Source of the DNA: Octopus vulgaris
Lineage: Eukaryota
DNA: 64,000 bases
Assembly (NCBI GenBank): GCA_951406725.2
Contig: OX597814.1
Span: forward strand, 139,686,001-139,750,000
Direction: 5' to 3'
The notes beneath the pieces are model-generated. The model made no database searches. It was not told the DNA's origin and saw nothing but the letters and a program-made list of their open reading frames with translations. Made by a program: the position numbers and the translations under genes. This document shows, piece after piece, positions 1 through 12,848 of the stretch (its first letter is position 1; every line of letters begins with the position of its first letter).

Positions 1-266
1 CTAAACCATCTAAAAACGTATATGTAGACATTTCTGTTAAAAAATATTCAGTTTTCAGAAAGTTTTGAAGAAATAAATCGGGATGTGTGAATTATCCGAA
101 ACTCCTTCCTACTCTCCCGAAAATTATTTTCACAACAAATTCCGATATAACCACATTCTACAGTCTAAAAATATATCTCTGGAAGATTTCATTAAAAAAA
201 GGAGAAAACAGTTGCTGGGGTACACATTTAAAGTTATGACAAAAATGCTATGTACTCCCAGACTTA

Positions 267-478
267 CACGATAGTGTGCTGAAAAGTTCCTGGCTTTGGA
301 TAAAAGAAACTACAGGAGGATCATGGTTTTATTCAACACATTCCCCTCTCAGACCCACACACTTATTGCAGCGGTCCTTCAGTTTTTCTAAGCCCTGTAA
401 AAGAACTCAGAATGTTAGGCCTCCTGGGCCTTTCGCGACACCCTTAAAACCTGGAACTTTTCAGCACCCCCCCTCATA
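267..478. mobile_element. mariner-derived MITE
   Basis: Terminal inverted repeats gtgctgaaaagttcctgg ... cctggaacttttcagcac, TA at both flanks, ~210 bp, no transposase ORF. Confidence 0.75.
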
Positions 479-830
479 ACTATACAGTCGCGCAGTTAGG
501 TACACATGCATACGTTATTCACCATATTTTATGTGTAAAGTTCGAAAGATCGTCAAAAACATTGTAAATATTTAAAAAAAAACATTATTACTTATTTATT
601 TCGAAAAATTTAAAGACGTCTCACGTTTGTATTATATATTTCCCACTCTGATTTGTTTCTATCTTCTTTTGTTATTTAATACGCAGTATGAAGAATCGCT
701 GATTAAAAATAAGGTTACTATACGATTTTAAAGGTTGCTTGAAAATATATCGTTTTGTGTAATCCATTTCGATACTAAATATTTTATGAAATAATATTCA
801 ACTGTAAATTATTTCACTAAACATGAACTT

Positions 831-968
831 TAGTGTCGGAGAGAAACAAAACAAAACAATCAAACAAACCCATCTTTGCCTTTCCTGAAGGAAAAAATAG
901 AAAGAAATTCCCGGAAAACAAAAAGAAACTGAATTATATTTTAGTGTTTGATTATCACGAAGGTAATA
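831..968 (+). other. candidate non-coding first/5' exon ending at donor AAG|GTAATA (962/963)
   Basis: Good donor consensus within the CpG-retaining unique region. No transcript evidence, and the start coordinate is arbitrary. Confidence 0.2.
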
Positions 969-1734
969 TTTTTAGCATTTTAATCATTAGTATTTACAAT
1001 AATTTTGTTGAGCTTGTCGGATTTTCCAAAGTTCTAACGTTCATCTCTCACAACACGAAAGTAAATCTTGGTGTTCTGACTATATTAAGCTATTTAATGT
1101 TTCTTCTTAGCAATACATGGCAGTGCTTGGCATCGAAGTTTTCTTTTACTTTTGTTCAAGTATTGTTTAGAAGTGTATACTCATTAATTTTGTTGATGTA
1201 AAACCGCTTAGCTTTTATACCATAGTCAATGCCAGCACTATGGACTTTTTCTTTCATTCTAGGAATGATAAAGTTAATTTTACTATGATAGTCCTGACAC
1301 CTTTCTTTGGCCGGGAAGGGCGGGTAGTGTTTATTTGTCTGGTAGCCTTAGCGAAAGAGGTTTTGTGGTGGACCATATTGAAAGGGCTGATGGTAGATAC
1401 TATCATTTTTGACCAAGCCCCCACTTGAAAAGGAAAGAGAAACAATTGCTGCCTCCCTGCAGTTTTGTTGAAAGATGAGTGAATGTGGCAAGTATGATCT
1501 GATTAAACGGGCCTATTCTCAGAATGCGCCTGTGGATCGAAGGAAAGCGATGTGGAGAGGGCACTTGCCACAAAACATGGGTTTTGTGGAATTATTCATC
1601 GTTAGATTTATATTCCGTCTACTTTTTACACGCTTCTTTAAGTAACCTCATATTGTATTGTCTAGTACCGTCCCCACCGTTTTTTGTGAACCCTTAGCGA
1701 TGAATAAAGAAAGCATTAAGCGGTGTTTCGTCTG

Positions 1735-2080
1735 TCTTCCCGTTCTGGGTTCAAATTCCGAGGTTGACTTTGCCTTTCATCCTTTCGGGGTCGATAAATT
1801 GAGTACCAGTGAAACACTGGGTCGATGTAATCGACTTAGCCCTTTCTCCCAAATTTCAGGCCGTGTGCCTATATTAGAAAGGATTATTATTATCGGCAGA
1901 ATCGTTAGCATGCTGGACAAAACGCTTAGCGGCATTTCGTCCGTATTTTACGTTCCGAATTCAAATACCACCGGGGTCTACTTTACCTTTCATCCTTTTG
2001 TGATCGATAAAATAAAATCCCCCCCCCCCCCCTCCGCAAAAAAAAAATTCAGGCTTGCGCCTATAGTAGAAAGGATTATT
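1735..2080 (+). mobile_element. two tandem tRNA-derived SINEs (family A, Meta-domain-like core)
   Basis: gttcaaattcc B-box-like motif followed by gactttgcctttcatcctttcggggtcgataaa..gtacc; (TTA)n tails. The same unit recurs more than 10 times in the window. Confidence 0.8.
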
Positions 2081-2214
2081 ATTTTTATTTACCATCATCA
2101 TCATTATTATTGACAATATTGAAGTTTATGGGCGAATGGCTTAGAAGTTTGTTTCGCAACCACGAGGTCTCGCACTGCATAGCATATTGGGCAAATGTTT
2201 TCTATAGCATCGAG

Positions 2215-2362
2215 CAGTAGCATGGTTGGTGATGGTGGGGGTGGAGACGGTGCTTTTAGGATTATTGTATCAACCTGTATAGGCTTATAGGGTCGCTGGT
2301 AGGGCGAGGGACGACAAATTCAAGGGCAGCCTCGACCTGTACACGCTCTAGCTATGTCACTG
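2215..2362. mobile_element. hAT-like MITE inserted in a SINE
   Basis: Ends cagtagcatgg ... gctatgtcactg. Imperfect 8-bp TSD gcatcgag (2207-2214) / gcgtcgaa (2363-2370). SINE sequence resumes on both sides. Confidence 0.5.
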
Positions 2363-2904
2363 GCGTCGAAACAAATCCATACTTTGTAATTCAAATTAGG
2401 CTGACAACGAACTATATTAGAAGCCAGTTTCATGTCTGTAATTCGAGTACACCTTTATCGCATACATACCCACACATATACGTACGCACACTCACTCATA
2501 AACACAAACACTGTGAATCACATTAGGAATACATGTGTCTGTTGAATGCTCGAACAGCTGAATCTTCGTCGTTGAAACCGACATTGACCCTTTTATCATC
2601 ACTTTCACTTTCTGCAATAAGCAGCTACTATGATGTCATTTGGTGGGCAGCAAACGATATTTTAGTTTGCAATATGTGTGTCGTTGTTTGATTTAACAAC
2701 ATTAGTTGAATTAGCTTTTCCTTTTTAAAAATCATTTGTTTCTTTTTATATATTTTTGTCTTGTAAAGCAAAATGAACAACTATGACAAATAGTAAACGA
2801 TCTGATACGATCAGCCATTCCTCTCTCCCCCACCTCGAAATTTTCCCACTGGAGTCATTAAATGCCGGACTAAATGGAGTATTAAACTTGATTCACACAC
2901 ACAC

Positions 2905-2945
<41 letters not shown>

Positions 2946-3419
2946 GAACAACAGAAATATAGTCTAATTGCAAGCCTAAATATCTATCTGTCTGTCTATT
3001 TATTTGTTGTCGTTTTCATCATCATCATCATCACTTTAACGTCTTTCTCATGCTTGCATGGGTTACACGAGTTTTCTACGGATGGATGCCCTTCCTGATA
3101 CCAACCCTCACCAATTTCCAAGCACAGTGATAACCCTCCCCTCCCCCAGTCTTACGAACAACAAACAGCCTGGGCTTGTTTATGGAGAGAACTGGAAATA
3201 AATGACATCATTTGAATGTGCCTTTTGTTTACAAAGATCACGTAATATGTCAAGAAGCCCAGATGTGCCTTTGCAGTGGGTTGCAAACAAACGATACAAT
3301 CAGCATGAACAGTGATAATTTTGTTTACAGTCAGCAGACATGTGAAGACGAAATGAAATATGAACTCATTCACACAAGCACATTGACACATAGACATATA
3401 TGTATCATTATCATCATCT

Positions 3420-3555
3420 ATAATATATATATATACACATACATACATACATATATATATATATGTATATATACATACATATATATATATGTATACATAT
3501 ATATATGTATGTATATATATATATATATGTATGTATATATATATATGTATATATG

Positions 3556-3586
<31 letters not shown>

Positions 3587-3853
3587 ATATATATATGTAT
3601 GTATATATATATATATGTATGTATGTATATATATATATGTATGTATATATATATATATATGTATGTATATATATATATATATATGTATGTATATATATAT
3701 ATATATGTATGTATATATATATATATATGTATGTATATATATATATATGTATGTATATATATATATATATGTATGTATATATATATATATATGTATGTAT
3801 ATATATATATATGTATGTATATATATATATGTATGTATATATATATATGTATG

Positions 3854-3884
<31 letters not shown>

Positions 3885-4158
3885 GTATGTATGTATATAT
3901 GTATGTATATATATATATGTATGTATATATATATATGTATGTATATATATATGTATGTATATATATATATATATGTATGTATATATATATATATGTATGT
4001 ATGTATATATATATATATATGTATGTATGTATATATATATATGTATGTATATAAATATATATATATATATATGTATATAAATATATATATATATATGTAT
4101 GTATGTATGTATATATACATACATACATACATATATACATACATACATATATATATAT
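3420..4158. repeat. compound (TA)n/(TATG)n microsatellite array
   Basis: ~740 bp of (TA)n blocks punctuated by TGTATG. It generates six spurious Y/I-rich ORFs. Confidence 0.97.
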
Positions 4159-4428
4159 CAGATGTTGTTAAACATCGCTGCTCACAATGCGCTTCACATT
4201 GTTTTAGCCTTCAAATGACGCCACCTCGCTGGCTAAGCGAGCAGGCGAAGAGAAGAAAGAATGAGAGAAAGTTGTGGCAAAAGAGTACAGCAGGGATTGC
4301 CACCACCCCCTGCCGGTGCTGTGGAGCTTTAGATGTTTTCGCTCAATAAACACTCACAACGCCTGGTCTTGGAATCGAAACCGCGAGTCCGCTGCCGTAA
4401 CCACTGGGCCATTGCGCCTCCACAATAA

Positions 4429-4461
<33 letters not shown>

Positions 4462-4932
4462 TATAACGACTGCATTTTATTGGAAGCGCAAATACCCCAT
4501 AAATGAAAAGAAAATTATCTTCACTAGTCATCAGACATAACGACATAATAAAAATAAAAGACAAACTGAAGTATTGGGTTTCTTTCTGACAATTTCAAAA
4601 TATTTTATTACGAAATGTTTTAAACAGGATACCATTTACTAATGTGGTATAAAATGTTATCAAATGCAATCAGATCCTTTCTTTCCAAATATCTCTCTTC
4701 ATGTAAATGTGTGTTCAAATTAACTTTTTTAACAAACATTAATGGAATTGGGTGCATCATGTGTTTAGCTTGGATGCATGTTGTCTGATCAATAACATTT
4801 ATGGGATATCTGTGTGACATAAAAGCATTGCATTTTTTTTGTTTTGTTTTGACTTCTAAAAGTTAAATGTTGACTCATCAGTGACACTAAACAAAACGAA
4901 AAGAAACAAACAAACCATCAAATGTAGTTTAA

Positions 4933-5153
4933 CCATTTAGCATTCAGATTATTCTGTCAAATATAATGCTTATTTATTCACATTGTTTTTGAATTAATCA
5001 TCCGTTATCTTGTAGCTTTGAGATTTCATTGATGTGGATATTTACTTTTAGAATGACATAGTAGGGTAGTTCTGAGAGGCCTGATCTGATCAGTTTGAAC
5101 ACAAAATATGTAAACTATTTGGGCCTAATATGACTGGTTTGGATACTAAAGGG
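4933..5153. mobile_element. piggyBac-type MITE (TTAA target)
   Basis: ttaa|ccatttagcattc ... ggatactaaaggg|tcaa: degenerate TIRs with TTAA-like flanks. Confidence 0.6.
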
Positions 5154-5259
5154 TCAAATAACTGATCATCATTGTCCTTCATGTCTCTTCCTATTCTATT
5201 TGGTCCAGGAGACTCTTGGGATGGAAGAGGCGCTGAAGAGGTCACAGACATCTTCGTCA

Positions 5260-5420
5260 TCTTTATTATTTAAAGTCTGTACAAAACCAAACTGCATTTC
5301 ATCTGGTTTAATTCTATTCCTAATCAGTTGGGCTATAACTCTCTGTAACTTACATGACCTGGTCCAGTACTTTGATCCCTCTGTAGTTGTTTCTATCTAA
5401 GGCATCATCTTTACTCTTGT
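5260..5420 (-). mobile_element. RTE-clade LINE RT fragment
   Basis: Minus-strand translation KDDALDRNNYRGIKVLDQVM*VTERVIAQLIRNRIKPDEMQFGFV matches the RTE NYRGI...DEMQFGF motif. Confidence 0.75.
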
Positions 5421-5434
5421 AGAAGCTAACTATA

Positions 5435-5665
5435 ATACCTATTTCTTTACTACCCACAAGGAGCTAAACATAGAGGGGATAAACAAGGACAAACAAAAGG
5501 ATTAAGTCGATTATATCGACCCCAGTGCATAACTGGTACTTAATTTATCAACCCCAAAAGGATGAAAGGCAAAGTCGACTTGGTGGAATTTGAACTCAGA
5601 ACGTAACAGCAGACGAAATACTGCTAAGCATTTCGCCCAGTGTGCTAACGTTTCTGCCAGCTCGT
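5435..5665 (-). mobile_element. SINE family A
   Basis: Reverse complement of the family A unit (ggatgaaaggcaaagtcgac...gaatttgaactcag...ctgccagctcg). Confidence 0.85.
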
Positions 5666-6249
5666 CTATAATACTACTACACTAGTCATTGAAGATGACG
5701 CCTTCCTGAATAACCCATTACACTCTTGGCGTGGTTGGCATTAGAAAGGGTATCTAGCCTTGGAAACCATGCCAAATCAGACTGAAGTTTGGTGCAGCCC
5801 CTCAGCTTACCAGTCCTGGTCAAACCATTCAACCCTTGCCAGCATGGACAATAGATGTTAAATGATGATGATGATGATGATAATTCTATGTGGTTGGAGT
5901 AAAGCACCAGTTGAGTAGAAAGTAAGATAGGAAATGATATGGCTGATAGTGACACTGGCTTGGAAAATCTGGAAGGAAGGTGCATTACCAAGTGGGCAGA
6001 AGAGCAGCTGGGCAACAGGTTACGGGTAAGGCAGGGAGGGGAAGAGATTTGTACATGTCTTGCAACATGAGGATCAGAAGCATGTGAGGTTTTCAGGATC
6101 GTGAGACAGTATGTGATAGAGAACCGCAATGTTATTAGTGAGAAGCGTATTTAAATTGATATGGAAGTGCTTATAATGAGAGGTTGTTGAGGAAGACTGG
6201 CTACCTCATGATGACATCAGAGGGACAAACAATTTAAGTCAACAGCAAC

Positions 6250-6585
6250 TCTCTTTTACTTGTTTCAGTCATTTGACTGCGGCCATGCTGGAGCACCGCC
6301 TTTAGCCAAGCAAATCGACCCCGGGACTTATTCTTTGTAAGCCCAGTACCTATTCTATTGGTCTCTTTTGCCGAACCGCTAAGTGACGGGGACGTAAACA
6401 CACCAGCATCGGTTGTCAAGCAATGCTAGGGGGACAAACACAGACACACAAACACATACACACACACACATACATATATATACATACATATATATGACAG
6501 GCTTCTTTCAGTTTCCGTCTACCAAATCCACTCACAAGGCATTGGTCGGCCCAGGGCTATAGCAGAAGACACTTGCCCAAGGTAT
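6250..6585 (-). mobile_element. tRNA-derived SINE family B (CORE-like, internal microsatellite)
   Basis: ttgtttcagtcatttgactgcggccatgctggagcaccgcc...(CA)n...gaagacacttgcccaagg; recurs many times in the window. Confidence 0.8.
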
Positions 6586-6740
6586 GGGAGATAAATAACT
6601 AAAGATACTTTAAAATCAACAGAACTACTTTCAATGAAGTCAAGAGTGCTGTCAATGAAAGTTGCTCAAAGTATAGTTATTACTACCTGAAAAAAATTTT
6701 ATTTGCAAATACACACATGCATGTGTGTGCACACACATAT

Positions 6741-6807
<67 letters not shown>

Positions 6808-7199
6808 TACACACACCTGTTTGACATTAAGATAAGTTTTAGAGGAAATGTTACACTTGGGATCTTTTTGAATTGACTGATAATTTCACATTAGCTATTA
6901 AATACACAGATATAAGTGGCATCATGACATCTATTGGCATCGGAGTGTTTTAACATCTATGGATTCTATCTGTCTCATTAAATATAACTGCGTTATAATA
7001 TTTGAATCTTGCTCTCATGCGAACATATATATATATAGGTGTGTGTGCGTGTGCGTGCGTGTGAGTGCGTATACATATAAGGTGCTTGCAATCGCATATC
7101 AGTAAACTTTCTGTAATCTTTGAAATATATAAATTCATGATGATTGCTTAAAAATAAAATAAAACGTACTCATGCAAATACAAAAATTGAGAAAAATTT

Positions 7200-7468
7200 G
7201 GTCTGTGTGTGTGTGTGTATACACACACGTGCGCACACACACACGTATATATATGTGTATGTATGTATGTGTATATGTGTATATACATATGTATATATAT
7301 ACACACATGTATACAAGTTTATGTATGAATATATATACACATGTATATATACATACATATGTGTATTTGTATATATGCATATATATATATATATACATAC
7401 AGACACACACATATTTGTATTTTATATATATATATATACACATATATATATGTATGTATGTATGTCTG
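7200..7468. repeat. compound (TG)/(CA)/(TA) microsatellite
   Basis: Dinucleotide repeats seen directly. Confidence 0.9.
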
Positions 7469-10400
7469 TGATATAAGGCGTTTACAATCATATATCAGCA
7501 AACTTTCAGTAATCTTTTTGAAATTTAATATAATATTGAAATTTCTAAAATGTTACTCTTTTATATATTTTTATCTTCACCAATTTTTACTGAAGAAAAA
7601 AAGAAATCAAATGAAACTAATAAATTATTACCTCCAGGAGATTGAGACATTAAGCTTCACCAATGTATTTTGGTTAATTTTGTGTCTTTTTACATTGTTT
7701 TTTCTTTTTTTTTAAGCATAAAAAAAGGCAATATAAAGTGATGTAATTAATATATATGTTTAGTAAGTTTACAGTCACTTTCTTCAGACACACATGCATA
7801 TAAAAGTTAATGGAAGCTTTGAAATAATCGTCGTCATCATCACCATCATCCTCATTGTCATGTTACTGAGCATCAATTGTGCTTTAGATTATTTTACAAA
7901 CGATTCCAGTGTGAAATTAGGTAGTAGCTGGGGTGGTTGGTGTATCATCATCATCATCATCATCATCATCTTCATTGTTGTTTCAGTGTCGACTTTGCCA
8001 TGCTTGCGTAGATCAGATGGAATTTGTCGAGGCAGATTTTCTATGGTTGGATGCCCTCCTTATCATCAGCTTTTAATCTGTTTGCAAGCAAGCCAATATT
8101 TCCCTTTCACTGAGCATATTTCCATGGAAGACTGGAAATGAGTGACACCACTTGTATGACGGTGACACTCGTTTACAACCCTCGTGATGTCAAGACAAGG
8201 AAACACAATCACACCCAAACACACGCACACACACACACATAGTTATATACATAATCCAGGCTTTTTCAGTTTCTATCTACCAAATCCATTCTCAAAGTTT
8301 TGGTTAGCCTAGGGCTAGAGTAAAAGACACTTGCTCAAACTACCATGCAATGGGACTGAACTCAAACCATGTGGTTGAGAAACAAACTACTTAACTATAC
8401 AACCATAGGAGTTTAATCAGGTGATTTAATGTAGCTTCTTCAGTTCATGAAATAAGTATATATATAGAGAGAGAGACAAGCAGGTCAGGTAAGTTATCTT
8501 TTGGTTGTAAAGAGTTGGAACTCATTTCGTACTGAATAAAATATGCGGTAGTTTGCTTATCTCTCCTAGGAAACCTGTCTGTTTTTATTATTTTTTTTTA
8601 ATGAGATAAAAATGTATCTTGTTATTTACAATGTTTACAAAATCAGTCTTTTATATGAATTTGTTTGCATTATTTCAAGTTATTTCTTATGATATTTATC
8701 GTGTTTGTTTTGGTTTATTGTTAATATATATATATCTATATATATTTGTTTTGCTTCATAAGCAGTAAATATCACTTGTACATGTAGCTCGTATTTGAGA
8801 GACAAGGAATTTACGATGACATCAACTTCTATAAATAAATATTTTTAATCCAATGCAATGAATGCTTTCTAATTTTTATTGTAAATTATTAATTTATATA
8901 TATTTTTCTAAATATCCACTTCTATATCACAGCCAAAGCTATATTTTAGAAACTTGGCTTCGTCTTCAGATCCAAATTGTACTTTAACCTGGCATAGTTT
9001 TTCATCACTATCCAAGTCAAACCACTTTTTTTCCTCTCCCATGCAATGCTAAATAATGAGTTACTCTTGTTCATCATTCTCAATCTTAAATTCTTATTAT
9101 AAAAGACTACCATTATTTTTTATCTCTCTAAAGAATTAATGAAGCTTGGATAGTTTTTAATATTTCAAGTTTCTGCCACCCTGTATATAAATAGCATGTG
9201 CAGACAACTGTCTTTTCTTAGCTGATGAGACCATGAAGATAGGAGGAAGTTATCAATGCTGCAGAGCATAGATTTTGATATCATTCTCATCATCACCTTT
9301 TAATGTCGATCTTCCATGCTTGCATGGGCTGGATGGTCTGACAGGATCCAATACATGAATCCAAGGACTGCACCATGTTCCAGTGACTGCTTTGGCATGG
9401 TTTCTATAACTGGATGCTCTTCCTCATGCCAACTACTTTAGAAAGGTTACTGCATAGAACCTATGCACTAATATCATAGACTATTGTCATAATACTATGA
9501 TTGTCAAAAATTTGCGTATGCATCAAATATGAATGGATAATCCCATCAAGGCCCAGTTCTTGGATATAACTCTGATGTTGTTAGTCATGTTTGTTTGTTT
9601 TCTGATGTAGAGAATTTAAAGCAGAACATTTCAATTAATTAGGTACAACTAAAGAAAACTCGGATTCAGAATGAAAAGTAGTTGTGGCACAATAGGAAGG
9701 CCTATTTAAAACATCTGCGCTCAGTTTGCTACTCTACTTTCATTTTACCTCAGCACATGTTGACTTACGTTTGCCTTTAATCCTTTCTTGTTTCAGTCAT
9801 TAGACTGTGACCATACTGGGGCACTGCCTTGAAGAATTTTTAATTGAATGAACCAACCCTGGTGCTTAAATTTCTTGCTAAGTCTGGTACTTATTCTATT
9901 GGTCTCTTTTGCAGAACTGTTAAGTAACAGGGTTGTAAACACATATTGTCAAGTAATGGTGGGGGACAAACACACATGCATGCACACACACACACACACA
10001 CACACACTGAGTTTCTTCCAGTTTCCATCTACCATGTCCACTAACAAGGATTTGGTTAGCCCAAGGCTATAATAGAAGACACTCGCTCAAGGTGCCATGC
10101 AATAAGACTGAACCTGGAACTTTAAGAAAGACTTTACTTTCTTACCCATGCTTAGAATTATATTTGAAGTGTGTTTCTTGCTTCTTATTCTAGAATAGCC
10201 TACTTTCATTGATTCTGAGTAGTTTGAAGTTCTCATTATTTGCTAACTACCTTATTACATGTTAATGAGAGGAATTCCTTACAAATCCTTCTCATATAAT
10301 AATTATGCATTTCATTAGAAGTTCATTGTCATGTTGCATATTTTATTGAACTAATTCAGTATTCAAGTTTCTTCAAATGATAAACCTTTTCTAATCCAAC

Positions 10401-12611
10401 GTGCAGCCAGAATAGAATTTTGTAGAAGCATATTTACATTAAGCATTGGGCATCTTGTTCTGTTCTGAGCACAGATGTCAGTAAGAAGGTCCTTCATTTG
10501 ATGTGGTTAACAATGATATGCATTTCCGATGCAAAGCTGACCAAATATTTATGAAGATTTCTGATTCTGATATTTTGACAGCTTGAACAGGTTTATATTA
10601 CCTTGAAAAAATATGCCATTTTATATCTCACAATAACAAAAGAATAATTTCTTTACAGCATTTGTACTGCCAAAACTAATAATAATAAAGGCCAAATTTA
10701 TGGCATTTATCTTTTCTTGCCTTTGAGTATAACCAAGAAATGAAAAGATTGATTCAATTGAATCTAATACCACAAGACATTTATATGGATTGTAACTGTC
10801 AGATCTGAGATGATGTTACCTTGATATTTTTTTTACTTCAACATTGTGGTTTTTTTTTTATTTGGCAGTAGCAATATAAATACCAGATTTCACCAGTTTC
10901 TCAGTGGTTAACTTACTAGACCTTTTGCTTGTAAGGAACATGTTCAATATATATGCAATAGATATTGCATTGTGCCATGATGCAATTTTTATCTTGCAGT
11001 TATATCTTCCATCTTTTTTTATTCCTGCTTGCATTTTCTTTCTTGCTTAAAGTAATATCAACATTCTGACATAAAGGAAGACTTCTTACAAAAGGAAAAA
11101 GAAATTACACCCATTTATGTATCATGAAATATTATATTTTATACTTTATAAATACCTGTAATTTATTGATCACGGGAGAGATAAACCTTAACTCTTGTGT
11201 TACCAAGAAGCTTGTCGTGTGTGTGTTTGTGTGTGTGTAATGTATGTGTGTATCAGTGTGTACACTTGCCTAGATACCATGTGATGGTTGTAAATGAACA
11301 TCATCATCATCATACAAGCAATGCTGTTCGTTATGAGTTTTCCGTGAAAAACATGTCTGGCCATCATGTGATCACATGACCAGGCTATCAAATGTTATTG
11401 AACATCGCTGGTCACAGTGTGCTTTTGCATTGTTTTAGCCTTCAAATGACGCCAACCTGCTGTGGCAAGGCAAGCAGGCCAACAATCTCCTCCTGATCGA
11501 AGGCAGACTGGAGCAATGTGAAATGAAGTGTTTTGCTCAAGAACACAATGTGCCACCTATTCAGGGAATCGAACCTATAATCTAGTGATCATGAGTGTTT
11601 GGCTTATGGCAGAAATAATATCTTGCTTGGAAACAGGTAAGGGTTGGCTGCAGGAAAGGCATCCATCTATAGAAAATTTGCCTCAACAAATTCCATCACA
11701 TCCATGCATGCATAGAATGCCAAGCATTTGATGATGATGATGATGACGACAACGACGACGATGACAAGGAGGAGGAGGAATTAATTGGTCAGTATTACAG
11801 AAATAACTTTGCATCATCTCAGCTGTTCCATCATCAGCACATAATTTAGTAGTAAAATGGTTAACTTATGTCAGCAATTCAAACTTCCTACTTGTTTCAG
11901 CAGCCAAATATTATTGTTGACAATGTTACGTTGCAGCAACATTATTTTGTCTTCCTGTCACATTCAGTTTTAATAACTACATTATGTTATTAACTATTTA
12001 TGTACAACGTACATGTTTACAGAATATAAACTCCCTTTCCTTCATAGAATCCAAGTAATGCTTTTCCAAATTAAATAATATTTTCTGTAAAAGACTGTTG
12101 GAATTCAATTCAGTTCAACTACTTTTGGAATTGCTAAGGTGAAAAAAAGAAAAAAAAAAGTTTTTATTTTTGGATTCAACAAAATTAAGTTGTAAGGTTG
12201 CTAGAGTCAGAATTTCATTTTAAAAATCTATTTTGATATCAAGCAAACTTTGTGCTGGATTTTAAAATTAATTTTGAAAAATTATTATACAGGTCATGTA
12301 TTTCATTGATAATATTACATAGATGTCACACTTTGATTTATAATTTTTTGAATATATTGTAGAGTAGGTATAGAGATGACAAAACATTTCTTATATGTTT
12401 AAGGGTTGTGTATTCTAGTACATGTATATGTACTTGTTATTGTTATTTGTATTTAAGGTATTTCTACGACCATTTAGTATTTTAAGTTGTTGCAGAACAT
12501 GCACACACACACACACACACACACATACAGATTTAATAAGTTTTACATTCTTTATTTTAATTTAACTTGAAACATAGTGTTTATGAATAGTGAATGGTGT
12601 GAATGTGTGAT

Positions 12612-12848
12612 ATATATTTCTTTATTGCCCACAAGGGGCTAAACATAGAGGGGACAAACAAGGACAGACAAAGGGATTAAGTCGATTACATTGACCCCAG
12701 TGCAAAACTGGTACTTTATTTATTGACCCCGAAAGGATGAAAGACAAAGTTGACCTAGGCAGAGTTTGAACTCAGAATGTAACGACAGACAAAATACCGC
12801 TAAGCATTTTGCCCCGTGTGCTAACGTGTCTGCCAGCTCGCCACCCTT
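12612..12848 (-). mobile_element. SINE family A
   Basis: Close match to the copy at 5435-5665. Confidence 0.85.

Noticed and set aside
1484-1572. SECIS or C/D snoRNA reading of the stem containing ATGA…AAA
   Set aside because: The ATGA-to-AAA spacing is too short for a SECIS, and there is no terminal D box.
3152-4349. Six overlapping 205-330 aa ORFs
   Set aside because: Translations of a (TA)n/(TATG)n microsatellite that lacks stop codons.
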